Of a stretch of DNA of 38,355 bases, positions 1-7,772 are shown piece after piece (within the stretch, counting starts at the first letter, position 1; the number at the start of each line of letters is the position of its first letter). The translations under genes and the position numbers were made by a program. The notes beneath the pieces were generated by a model. It worked only from the letters and a program-made list of their open reading frames with translations. It was not told the origin of the DNA and searched no databases. This stretch comes from a virus (lineage: Duplodnaviria > Heunggongvirae > Uroviricota > Caudoviricetes), in IMG/VR virus record IMGVR_UViG_3300031999_007842, positions 117,708 through 156,062 of that record; one strand, written 5' to 3'.

Positions 1-2
1 AT

Positions 3-326
3 CATTCCTTTAGGGAGGATTGGAGAATCACGGCTCCAGTGTGCTTGTACCATGAGCAAGAAGTCATAGCAATTGGCAGGCTAAGTGACTGGGATGATGG
101 ACTTTACCTTTCTTGTCTAGTCGTAAGAGATGATATTCAAAAGAAAGGATTTGGTTCCAAACTCATGAAGTATATGTTTGCTCTAGCTATCCTCAATGGT
201 TCAAAGAAAATGTATCTTGAAGTGAGAACTGATAATCCAGTAGGAATTAGCTTCTTCAAGAGAATGGGATTTCATACTAAGAAAGAACTTGAAATGACTT
301 ACCTAATGGAGAGGAAACTTACATGA
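3..326 (+). CDS. GNAT family N-acetyltransferase (RimI-like), probably 5'-truncated by the window edge
   Basis: Acetyl-CoA motif A 'VVRDDIQKKGFGSKLM' and motif B 'YLEVRTDNPVGISFFKRMGF'. The frame is open from position 3 (HSFREDWRITAP...) upstream of the GTG at 39. Confidence 0.85.
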   Translation, partial: HSFREDWRITAPVCLYHEQEVIAIGRLSDWDDGLYLSCLVVRDDIQKKGFGSKLMKYMFALAILNGSKKMYLEVRTDNPVGISFFKRMGFHTKKELEMTYLMERKLT

Positions 327-517
327 AGATGACAAAGGCGAGAGCAGAGCAACTACTTGAGAAAGTAGAAGAGCAACTTAAAGGAGCAAGAGGCAACTTA
401 CAGATATGTAAAGATGAGATCGAGATCTGGTCTTGTGCAAAGGCTTATCTCGAATTCATAATAAGTGGGATTAAGCGTAACCCTTCTCTAAAGAGGGGAG
501 AAAAAGAAGATGAGTAA
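323..517 (+). CDS. Hypothetical small coiled-coil protein
   Basis: ATGA overlap with the GNAT gene; helical charged sequence; no family recognised. Confidence 0.6.
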   Translation: MKMTKARAEQLLEKVEEQLKGARGNLQICKDEIEIWSCAKAYLEFIISGIKRNPSLKRGEKEDE

Positions 518-758
518 CGAAACCAAGAAAGTTTGGTGGGACTTCTTTGGGAAGATCTTCCGAGGTCGCAAAGAGGATTTGCCTGAAGGCATGGACTATT
601 GTGACAACTGTGGCAAGATCTATCCGAAAGAAGACCTGCACCATGTCATACAATACTTTGGTAGTAATGAAGAACTGACCTTATGTGAGGATTGTTCGGA
701 ATTACCACCTTCAACATGGAGGAACAGGTTTGGATATAATCGAAAGTCTAGAGAATGA
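510..758 (+). CDS. Small Zn-finger protein
   Basis: CDNC...CEDC pair; GGAG upstream; overlaps the previous gene. Confidence 0.65.
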   Translation: MSNETKKVWWDFFGKIFRGRKEDLPEGMDYCDNCGKIYPKEDLHHVIQYFGSNEELTLCEDCSELPPSTWRNRFGYNRKSRE

Positions 759-1146
759 AGCCTACATAGATGGTAGTTCCACTGGAATGTATGGTTATTA
801 TCTAGTCCAGAGTAAAGAGACTTTCATAATCAAGGACCAACCAACAACCAATAATCAAGCAGAATGGTTGGCACTCTATGCTCTAATTCTTGACTTGCCA
901 CAAGGTTGGAAAGGAACAATATATTCTGACTCCCTCCTGGTAGTAAACCAGTTTGGTGGAGGATACAAGATCAAGAACCTTGAACTTAAGAGGATTCATG
1001 ACTCAAGCAAGACTCTCTGTTTCCAGAAGAAGTTATCGTTAAATGTTGTTTGGGTCCCGAGGGAAAGAAACATAGTTGGGAAGAAGCTAGAACGTGAACT
1101 AGCAAAGGAACGGAAGAAACGATGGCAGTTAAGAAACGGAGAATAG
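730..1146 (+). CDS. rnhA: Ribonuclease HI family protein (archaeal-type)
   Basis: YIDGSS, TNNQAEWLAL, YSDSLLVVNQ, WVPRERN motifs. Likely TTG start at 730 with GGAGG at 718-722 (track start 685). The last canonical Asp is not obvious (NIVGKKLE). Confidence 0.85.
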   Translation: MDIIESLENEAYIDGSSTGMYGYYLVQSKETFIIKDQPTTNNQAEWLALYALILDLPQGWKGTIYSDSLLVVNQFGGGYKIKNLELKRIHDSSKTLCFQKKLSLNVVWVPRERNIVGKKLERELAKERKKRWQLRNGE

Positions 1147-1556
1147 TCAAGACCCTTTATGCAGAGGATGGAGGCAAGGCTCTTCGTCTTCAATTCACAG
1201 AAGAAGTTGTAGCTAGATTGCGGAAACTACAAGCAACCGTTCAGAATTTACCTCTTGAACAAGGAGAGTATGCATTAATAGAATATTATATGAGAAAAAG
1301 CATAGTTCTTGTCCGGAAGAAATCTATTGATATTGGAAACTGGGGATATGAAGGATGGGAAACCTATCTAGGTGGGTCGGACTCCTTGAAAACAATAGAT
1401 GATCTGCCAGAAGTTCATTTCACTTCGATGTTCTTGTATTATATGCAAGGTGGATATACAGGAGTGGATGACGCGGGAAGGGAAGGATTCACAAAACTTA
1501 TATTGCCTAAACATAAGGAATTGATAGTCTGGAAGAAGATAGAGGGAACTGCATGA
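1122..1556 (+). CDS. Hypothetical protein
   Basis: 144 aa ORF coupled to rnhA and to Topo IB (ATGA overlap); no family recognised. Confidence 0.6.
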   Translation: MAVKKRRIVKTLYAEDGGKALRLQFTEEVVARLRKLQATVQNLPLEQGEYALIEYYMRKSIVLVRKKSIDIGNWGYEGWETYLGGSDSLKTIDDLPEVHFTSMFLYYMQGGYTGVDDAGREGFTKLILPKHKELIVWKKIEGTA

Positions 1557-3124
1557 AAAGTCTGGAACACAATGGAATATACCTCCCACACTACAATGTA
1601 GTTGGTTTGTCAGTAAAGTATCGAGGGAAACTGATTCCTCTTACTCCCTTGGCAGAGCAATTATGCATTCAGTTCGTCAAAAAGTTTGATCTACCTTACA
1701 TGCAGGATGAAACTTTTGTTCACAACTTCTTAAATGATCTAATCAGTGAACTTGCAAAGACCGATATAGGAAAGAAGATGCAGTGGGATGAGATAGATCT
1801 AGCAGATTGGGACTGGACTCATATTCAAGAATACATTGCCGATTTGAAAGCTAAAACAGAGGCGATGAGCAAGGAAGATAAAAAGACAGCAAGAGAACTT
1901 AGTAAGAAACTTAGAGAGGATCTCAAAGAGAAGTATGGTTATGCTGTCATGGACGGCAACAAAGTTCCACTTATGAATTGGGCTTCCGAGCCAGCATGTA
2001 TCTTTATGAGCAAAGGCAAGAACCCAAACCGTGGTAAGTGGAAATTACCAGTCACCAAGAGTGACATTACCCTAAACTTGAGTTCAGGGTCTCCTGACCA
2101 GTCATGGGGTGATATAGTGTGGAAACCAGATGAGATGTGGATCGCGTCATGGTCATCTCCGTTAGATGGCAAGATGAAATATGTCTGGTTCTCGCCTTCG
2201 TCAAGTATAAGGCAAGATAAGGAGAGAAAGAAATTCTCCCTCGCTTCTCAGCTAGGAAATGAATTGAATAAACTAGAGCGGTATATTGAAAAGGAGCTAG
2301 GTAGCTCTGACTTAGAAAGAAGGAAATTATCTACAGCAGTGTATTTGATTAAATCTCTCGCACTTCGTGTGGGCGATGAGAAACTAGCAGGAGAACACGG
2401 TACAGTAGGCTGTACTACTTTAAAGAAAGAGAATATAACTATTGAAGACAGTAGAATCCATCTCTCATTCATAGGAAAAGACTATGTTAAATGGGAGAGG
2501 GATTTGGAAGTATCAGAGAAAGTGAAAAGAAACCTAGTTGAGTTTGTCAAGAAAGCGAGGGAGGATTTTATCTTCAAGGGTCTCAATTCAAACAAGATAG
2601 CAGAATTCCTGAGAGAAATAATACCAGGACTCTCTGCAAAAGTATTTAGAACTTACATAGCAGGAACAATCTGGGATGAATACGCTAATAAAAATCTCAA
2701 AATGATTAGTGGTGAAACTTCTATACCAGTGAGGAAGTATCTCTTCAAACTAACTAACCTGGAAGTAGCCAAGAAACTCAATCATAAGAAAGCCTTACCA
2801 AAGAACTATGAGGAAAGACTAGCCAAGAAGAAACTTCAGTTCGAGATGGGAAAGACCAAGCTAGACTTGATAGAAGAAGGAGACTACAAGAAAGTCCAGG
2901 CACAGGAAAGGAAGGTAGAGAAGCTAGCCTGTGACTTCGAACTCTTGAGAGATACAACTGAATGGAACTTGGGGACAAGCCTTACTTCCTACATAGACCC
3001 GAACAAAGCAATGGCTTTTGTAGAGAAGGCCGATCTTGAAGTTGGTGACGTATACTCTAAATCATTGAAGGAGAAATACTCATGGGCAATCAAAGAAAAA
3101 GGAAAGGAAGAAAGCGAAAACTAA
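1553..3124 (+). CDS. top1: DNA topoisomerase IB, long eukaryote/archaeal type
   Basis: LEHNG N-terminal core, EP-x3-F loop, KYVWFSPSS; catalytic pentad intact: ALRVGDEK (R), FIGKD (K), AKVFRTY (R), LNHKK (H), GTSLTSYIDP (Y); coiled-coil linker before the Tyr domain. Confidence 0.95.
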   Translation: MKSLEHNGIYLPHYNVVGLSVKYRGKLIPLTPLAEQLCIQFVKKFDLPYMQDETFVHNFLNDLISELAKTDIGKKMQWDEIDLADWDWTHIQEYIADLKAKTEAMSKEDKKTARELSKKLREDLKEKYGYAVMDGNKVPLMNWASEPACIFMSKGKNPNRGKWKLPVTKSDITLNLSSGSPDQSWGDIVWKPDEMWIASWSSPLDGKMKYVWFSPSSSIRQDKERKKFSLASQLGNELNKLERYIEKELGSSDLERRKLSTAVYLIKSLALRVGDEKLAGEHGTVGCTTLKKENITIEDSRIHLSFIGKDYVKWERDLEVSEKVKRNLVEFVKKAREDFIFKGLNSNKIAEFLREIIPGLSAKVFRTYIAGTIWDEYANKNLKMISGETSIPVRKYLFKLTNLEVAKKLNHKKALPKNYEERLAKKKLQFEMGKTKLDLIEEGDYKKVQAQERKVEKLACDFELLRDTTEWNLGTSLTSYIDPNKAMAFVEKADLEVGDVYSKSLKEKYSWAIKEKGKEESEN

Positions 3125-3870
3125 GCACTGAACTTGAGACCCCAAAATGGAAGAGATGGGGCAAGAGGATTCTGACCATAGGGATAATTGCGATTGTAGT
3201 TTTTACACTTTTCAATCTATTCACGACAGGGAGTGAGGCGGGGCATTATAATTATTGTGTAGCACAAATCAATAAAGCGGGGGTTTTGCAAGACCTAAGA
3301 GACTGGGCAACCAAGAATAATGATCCCATAGATGGCTTAAACTTTACAGAACTTCTGAAGTGGGAACATAGGCATCTAGTCTATTGGGGTGGAGAACTTC
3401 AAGCCCGCCCAGAATCTCCAGTATCGATCCTAACTATAAACCAAGCAAAGATCTACCACGACAAGAGTGGAGCAACGTATTGGGCAGTCTACTGCTTAAG
3501 TTACAATTCCCTCCAAGTCATTGCGCCACAAGGAACAAACTTTGAATTCGATTATCTACAAGACTTGGGATTCACATTGGGGAGATGTGGAGAATTCTCT
3601 TTGCTTTACTATAGTCTGGTAACTGCAAATGGTTATATTGCCAGAGTAGTCTTAGACTGTTCAATACTGACTAACTCGTCTAAGAATACTGCAGGAGACC
3701 ATGCGTGGGTAGAACTCAAGAGCACGGATGGAAGTTGGTTACACTGTGACCCCACAGAAGCAATTGTCAATCACCCAGACATGTACAGAGATGAATGGAA
3801 TAAGGATGTCAATAGAGTCTATGCAGTAAATGGGATAGAAACAGTGGATGTGACAAGCACTTATGCATGA
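3082..3870 (+). CDS. Membrane-anchored transglutaminase-fold protein, peptide:N-glycanase (Png1/NGLY1)-like
   Basis: Basic N-terminus plus hydrophobic helix (ILTIGIIAIVVFTLFNLF); Cys-His-Asp triad in GRCGEFS, GDHAWVE, WLHCDPTE; tail PDMYRDEWNK...VDVTSTY matches the PNGase core pattern P-x-x-Y-x3-W-x-K...VDVT-x-RY. Confidence 0.85.
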   Translation: MGNQRKRKGRKRKLSTELETPKWKRWGKRILTIGIIAIVVFTLFNLFTTGSEAGHYNYCVAQINKAGVLQDLRDWATKNNDPIDGLNFTELLKWEHRHLVYWGGELQARPESPVSILTINQAKIYHDKSGATYWAVYCLSYNSLQVIAPQGTNFEFDYLQDLGFTLGRCGEFSLLYYSLVTANGYIARVVLDCSILTNSSKNTAGDHAWVELKSTDGSWLHCDPTEAIVNHPDMYRDEWNKDVNRVYAVNGIETVDVTSTYA

Positions 3871-4234
3871 AATTAGACTCGCCAAACTAATTAAAGAAGT
3901 GGGAGAATTCATAGCTAAGAGACTAGAAGCGGGAGAATGGAATTTTGCTGTCTTCTATCAGCACGAGTTAGTCTGGTCCAATGACGAGAAAAGAGTATGG
4001 TGCAGACTATTCAAGAATTACAAGTTCAAAACGAAACATGCCTGGAAGACAGAAGCAATGGCTTTTGAGATATTTCTCCAACCTGAACAAGATACATGGA
4101 TAGATGAGATACAAATTAGTGTAGTGAGAGATAGTGAAATAATCTACTCCCGATCAGTGAACATAGCACCTATACATCTTTGTAAGGGAGATACTTTCAC
4201 AACACTTTTACAATTCAATATAAAAGAGGAGTGA
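3863..4234 (+). CDS. Hypothetical protein (beta-rich C-terminal half)
   Basis: 123 aa ORF overlapping the upstream gene; no family recognised. Confidence 0.6.
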   Translation: MHEIRLAKLIKEVGEFIAKRLEAGEWNFAVFYQHELVWSNDEKRVWCRLFKNYKFKTKHAWKTEAMAFEIFLQPEQDTWIDEIQISVVRDSEIIYSRSVNIAPIHLCKGDTFTTLLQFNIKEE

Positions 4235-4240
4235 ATTGAA

Positions 4241-4516
4241 ATGGGAAATTGTCCAATATGTAAAACACCGATTGAAGCATGGCAGGCTCTATGCAAAGAA
4301 TGTTGGCAGAGAGCAGAAGATTCCTACAAAGCCAAGAAGCAAGAAGATGGAGAATTAATTGAGAAGCTTCGAGGCCAGGCCAAGAATGACCTAATGTACA
4401 TCATAAGAGAAATCTGTAGGAAATGCCCCAAGGTCAATAAGGATGTAAATAATCTTGCCTGTACTCTTTGTGTCTTCAAGGAAAAGGAGAAACTGATTAG
4501 AGCATTTGTGGAATGA
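4241..4516 (+). CDS. Double Zn-finger protein
   Basis: CPIC...CKEC at the N-terminus and CRKC...CTLC at the C-terminus. Confidence 0.65.
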   Translation: MGNCPICKTPIEAWQALCKECWQRAEDSYKAKKQEDGELIEKLRGQAKNDLMYIIREICRKCPKVNKDVNNLACTLCVFKEKEKLIRAFVE

Positions 4517-4824
4517 TAGAAATGAAACGTAACCATAATCACAAAGTCAATGAAACAAGAAAGCGGAGTCTTCTGAAAGCGCTAAGTGGCTATATCTTTG
4601 AAGTAACAGTAGATACTTTCATAATTGGAATAGGGCTAAAACTTCTTGGTCAATTTGAGACTGGAGCTGCATTCGCTGGTGGCTTTACATTAGCAGCAAT
4701 TACGGAAGTGCTTTGCTTCGCAAGTCACTATGTCAATGATAGATTCTGGAACAAAGTACAATGGGGAAGGCAAGTGGAAGATGTCGAAGAAGAATTTGAT
4801 TCAAACAGAGTCGAACATCTCTGA
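4513..4824 (+). CDS. DUF2061-like small membrane protein
   Basis: ETRKRSLLKALS...two hydrophobic segments...HYVNDRFWNKVQWG resembles the DUF2061 pattern (ET-x2-RS-x2-KA-x-SW...Y-x-HER-x-W-x-K-x2-WG). Confidence 0.6.
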   Translation: MIEMKRNHNHKVNETRKRSLLKALSGYIFEVTVDTFIIGIGLKLLGQFETGAAFAGGFTLAAITEVLCFASHYVNDRFWNKVQWGRQVEDVEEEFDSNRVEHL

Positions 4825-5176
4825 TGATGCTCATTGTGCCAAGTATTTTATTAAATACAACCGAAGGGCCAGATGCCCTTTCTGTGGATCAATAATGCAT
4901 TTTAGATCTCATGTCTATTATGAAGGACGAGATGAATATTGGACTTGTCCAGAATGTGGCTTAACCTGCCCTAATTGGGAAGACTTTACTGAAGAGCAGA
5001 AAGCTAAGGCAAGAGGAATCTGGCGTAACGTACTCAAGAAAGAAGTAGTAGATCACGAGAACGGTCTCGCCTATTATCAGAGGAAATTGAAACTTTGGGG
5101 TAAGTACATGACTGATGAAGAGAAGGTAGTTTTACTTGCAGAAGAACTCGAAGGCAAACCAGAACATTCCAACTGA
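4781..5176 (+). CDS. Zn-ribbon protein
   Basis: CPFCG...EYWTCPECG. ATG at 4781 is in frame with the track ORF starting at 4730. Confidence 0.65.
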   Translation: MSKKNLIQTESNISDDAHCAKYFIKYNRRARCPFCGSIMHFRSHVYYEGRDEYWTCPECGLTCPNWEDFTEEQKAKARGIWRNVLKKEVVDHENGLAYYQRKLKLWGKYMTDEEKVVLLAEELEGKPEHSN

Positions 5177-5822
5177 ATTTACCAAGTTTCCTTGTCCTGC
5201 ATGTGGAATATATTATGAACCTTACATGACAAGGCGAGATGGGAAGGCGATGTGTGATTGCCCTCAACATGGTCTGTATGAAACGAGTATTGCTGTGTCC
5301 AAGAACTTTCGAATCTTTTGTGCTAAGGTTGGCTCTGCTCCCAACAGAGATGCACATTATTACACTTCCTCAGAAGAGAAGATCAAACATTTTCTAGACC
5401 ATAGAGGATTAGTGGAAGGTCTGGATTATTCCCACAATGCTAGAGTAAGGAATGGTCGAAACGCTCATCCGCACAAGTTCATAAATGAGAAGGGAAAGAA
5501 ACGGACTGCCAGGTATGTATACTTCTGGTTTGACTTCGTGATCCCTTCAAAGAAGATGATCCTGGAAGCTAGTCCTTCAGTATGGCATAAGATGTGGAAT
5601 CGTGAATCATCAGATCAAAAGAAGTCTGATTTTGCTTCAGCTATAGGTTGGACTCTTATCAATCTAGACGAGAAAGATCTAGCGCAATTAAATAAACCTA
5701 GAACTGAAGGAAAGAAGTTAGGATTCAACCCCAATGTTAAACCTTATCATAGAACAGAGAACTGTCAGAAGCTAGACAGCCTCTTCGGTAAGCCTCAAAA
5801 AGGAGGAAAATCTATTAAATAG
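5136..5822 (+). CDS. Zn-finger plus DUF559/Vsr-like PD-(D/E)xK endonuclease
   Basis: N-terminal CPAC...CDCPQH; SSEEKIKHFL; YFWFDFVIPSKKMILEASPSVWH; D-x2-K-x2-FA-x2-IGW-x-LI is typical of DUF559/Vsr-like nucleases. Confidence 0.7.
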   Translation: MQKNSKANQNIPTEFTKFPCPACGIYYEPYMTRRDGKAMCDCPQHGLYETSIAVSKNFRIFCAKVGSAPNRDAHYYTSSEEKIKHFLDHRGLVEGLDYSHNARVRNGRNAHPHKFINEKGKKRTARYVYFWFDFVIPSKKMILEASPSVWHKMWNRESSDQKKSDFASAIGWTLINLDEKDLAQLNKPRTEGKKLGFNPNVKPYHRTENCQKLDSLFGKPQKGGKSIK

Positions 5823-5834
5823 GAGGGAGAGCAA

Positions 5835-6083
5835 TTGATCGATATAGCAGGCTATGACTTAATAGGATACGTAGGTATGATACTCGTATTGATCACCATG
5901 GCCTTAACGAGAAAGCACTATCGTAAATCACAGGTAGTTAGTATTCTAGGTTCAGGAACATTGGTGGCTTACTCTATATTAAAATGGGAACCACCATACA
6001 TGCTGTTGAACCTGATCTTGGTACTCATCAGTACCTGGAATCTAGTTAAGGCAAGTGATAAGAAACATGGCAGAGAAAGCTAA
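5835..6083 (+). CDS. Small 3-TM membrane protein (CBU_0592/YgjV/PQ-loop-like)
   Basis: IGYVGMILVL...SILGS..LVAYS.L...PPYMLLN pattern; TTG start with GGAGGGAG upstream. Confidence 0.55.
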   Translation: MIDIAGYDLIGYVGMILVLITMALTRKHYRKSQVVSILGSGTLVAYSILKWEPPYMLLNLILVLISTWNLVKASDKKHGRES

Positions 6084-6243
6084 GTTTAAGAAGAGCCAAT
6101 GTCCAGAATGTGGATCCATGGATACAAAGGCGATGTTGCTTCCATATGGTGATGAAGAGGATGAATACATATACTGCAATAAGTGCAAGAAGGTTAGTGT
6201 AATTACCAAGGTGAGCATAGTTGTCAAAGAAACAAAGTCCTAA
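6067..6243 (+). CDS. Small Zn-ribbon protein
   Basis: CPECG...YIYCNKC; ATG at 6067 is in frame with the track ORF. Confidence 0.65.
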   Translation: MAEKAKFKKSQCPECGSMDTKAMLLPYGDEEDEYIYCNKCKKVSVITKVSIVVKETKS

Positions 6244-6523
6244 AGCATGCCCCTTCTGTTTCGGAGAGCCTTATTTCTATAGAACTGGGAATGGCTTGAT
6301 TAGGCATGTCATGAATTCTCACATGTATGATTCGAGACATCGATTAGTGTATCCTCCAACCCAAACAGCTAAATTTGTCAGACAAGACATTACAGCAGGA
6401 ACAAGGTTTCTGGAGATCTCTGATTGGGAGGAGGTAGAGGATTTCCTCAGAGATTATCTTGTAGGATTCAAGAATCCAAGTAAAAGAAACTCGAGGTTTT
6501 GGCAATATGTCAATGAATCCTGA
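6221..6523 (+). CDS. C2H2-type Zn-finger protein
   Basis: CPFC-x13-LIRHVMNSH. Confidence 0.6.
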   Translation: MSKKQSPKACPFCFGEPYFYRTGNGLIRHVMNSHMYDSRHRLVYPPTQTAKFVRQDITAGTRFLEISDWEEVEDFLRDYLVGFKNPSKRNSRFWQYVNES

Positions 6524-6887
6524 GGAACAACAATTCTTGGATGAGTTGGAGAGTGTGGCACAGAAATACCAGGACATTCTTTCTGAGATCAACAAGAAGT
6601 TCCGTCAGGAAATGCGTATAGTGGGAGTAAGGAAGAACGTTATTCCTAAGAAGTATATCTTACCAAAAGAATATATTACCAGGTTACTAGAATACTCTCA
6701 GTTTAGAAGAGCATGGGAAAGAAAGCTTCTCTGGGTATATCTGAAAAGTGATGATGAGCTGGAGGGCCACTGGATTAGGATTCAGAGCTCTCCGAATATA
6801 GGAGGAGTTCCAGTTGAGGAAGGATCAGAACTTAAAGTTGTGGTTGAAAGAATACCACGAAGGAAAAGAAAGAGGAAACATCCATGA
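6507..6887 (+). CDS. Hypothetical protein
   Basis: 126 aa ORF overlapping both neighbours; basic C-terminus. Confidence 0.6.
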   Translation: MSMNPEEQQFLDELESVAQKYQDILSEINKKFRQEMRIVGVRKNVIPKKYILPKEYITRLLEYSQFRRAWERKLLWVYLKSDDELEGHWIRIQSSPNIGGVPVEEGSELKVVVERIPRRKRKRKHP

Positions 6888-7213
6888 ATAGGGATCTACA
6901 CGCATCTTACAAATATCGACTGCAGAAATACTGCGATGCCAAGAAGATACTGGACTCCGCTCTTTATCCAGAGAGATTCAATATAGATGAAGGAACTTGT
7001 TGGCTATGCTGGATGAGATTAACAGGGCAGGAACTTAGAGGTTGGCGAAAGAAACCATTTTATGAACTGGAACTTACACATGGTAAAAAATGTCCTGCAT
7101 GTGGATATACTCATTGGACAGGAGCCACCTGGTTTCCGTTCAAGTATCTTGAAGAGAAAGGGAAAATACTCGTAGGAAACCCTTCGTTTAGGAGAATGAA
7201 AAATGCCAAGTGA
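6884..7213 (+). CDS. Zn-finger protein
   Basis: CWLC...CPACG; ATGA overlap with the upstream gene. Confidence 0.6.
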   Translation: MNRDLHASYKYRLQKYCDAKKILDSALYPERFNIDEGTCWLCWMRLTGQELRGWRKKPFYELELTHGKKCPACGYTHWTGATWFPFKYLEEKGKILVGNPSFRRMKNAK

Positions 7214-7772
7214 AGTTGATCTTAAGCATATATTCAAACCAAGAAGAATAGGTAGTTCTCAGATCTACAAGGTACTACATAAGAATGAAATCCATGTCTA
7301 CTTAGCCGGGCCTATTTCATTTGCTGAGGATCTTCAAGATTATAGGAAATCTTTGACAGAAGGATTACAGAAGATCTCTACCAAATTTAAGATACACGAT
7401 CCATGGGAGCGAGAGCAAGTATCTGCTCATGCAGTCAAGTCTCCGATGGAGATAGCAGCTCTCGAAGAAAAGAAAGCTACGGCTGAAGAGATTGTAACCA
7501 AAGACTTGGAAGACATAGAAAGCTGTGATATGTTAATTGCATATATGTTCAGAATAGGTGTGGGGACTTCGATGGAAATCTTCTGGGCCAGTAGAGTTCT
7601 AGGTAAACCAGTGATCGTAGTTTACTCGCCTTCTGAAGAAGGAATTGAGGGTGTACCATTATGGTTATATGGCCATGCTAACCTGATCTTCCAATCGAAG
7701 AGAGGGCTATATAGCTGGTTTAGAAAAGCATTAGAGGAGATTGATGAAGATGGTGAAGACAAAAAAGCATGA
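7203..7772 (+). CDS. Nucleoside 2-deoxyribosyltransferase / nucleotide N-glycosidase family protein
   Basis: VYLAGPI, DLEDIESCDMLIAY, GTSMEI (catalytic Glu), GKPVIV. Confidence 0.85.
   Translation: MPSEVDLKHIFKPRRIGSSQIYKVLHKNEIHVYLAGPISFAEDLQDYRKSLTEGLQKISTKFKIHDPWEREQVSAHAVKSPMEIAALEEKKATAEEIVTKDLEDIESCDMLIAYMFRIGVGTSMEIFWASRVLGKPVIVVYSPSEEGIEGVPLWLYGHANLIFQSKRGLYSWFRKALEEIDEDGEDKKA

Noticed and set aside
755-775. ATGA overlap at 755 that would give a textbook RNase HI start (MKAYIDG) if one base were added, suggesting a frameshift or sequencing error
   Set aside because: An in-frame TTG at 730 with GGAGG 7 nt upstream explains the gene without a frameshift. Read inspection would settle it.
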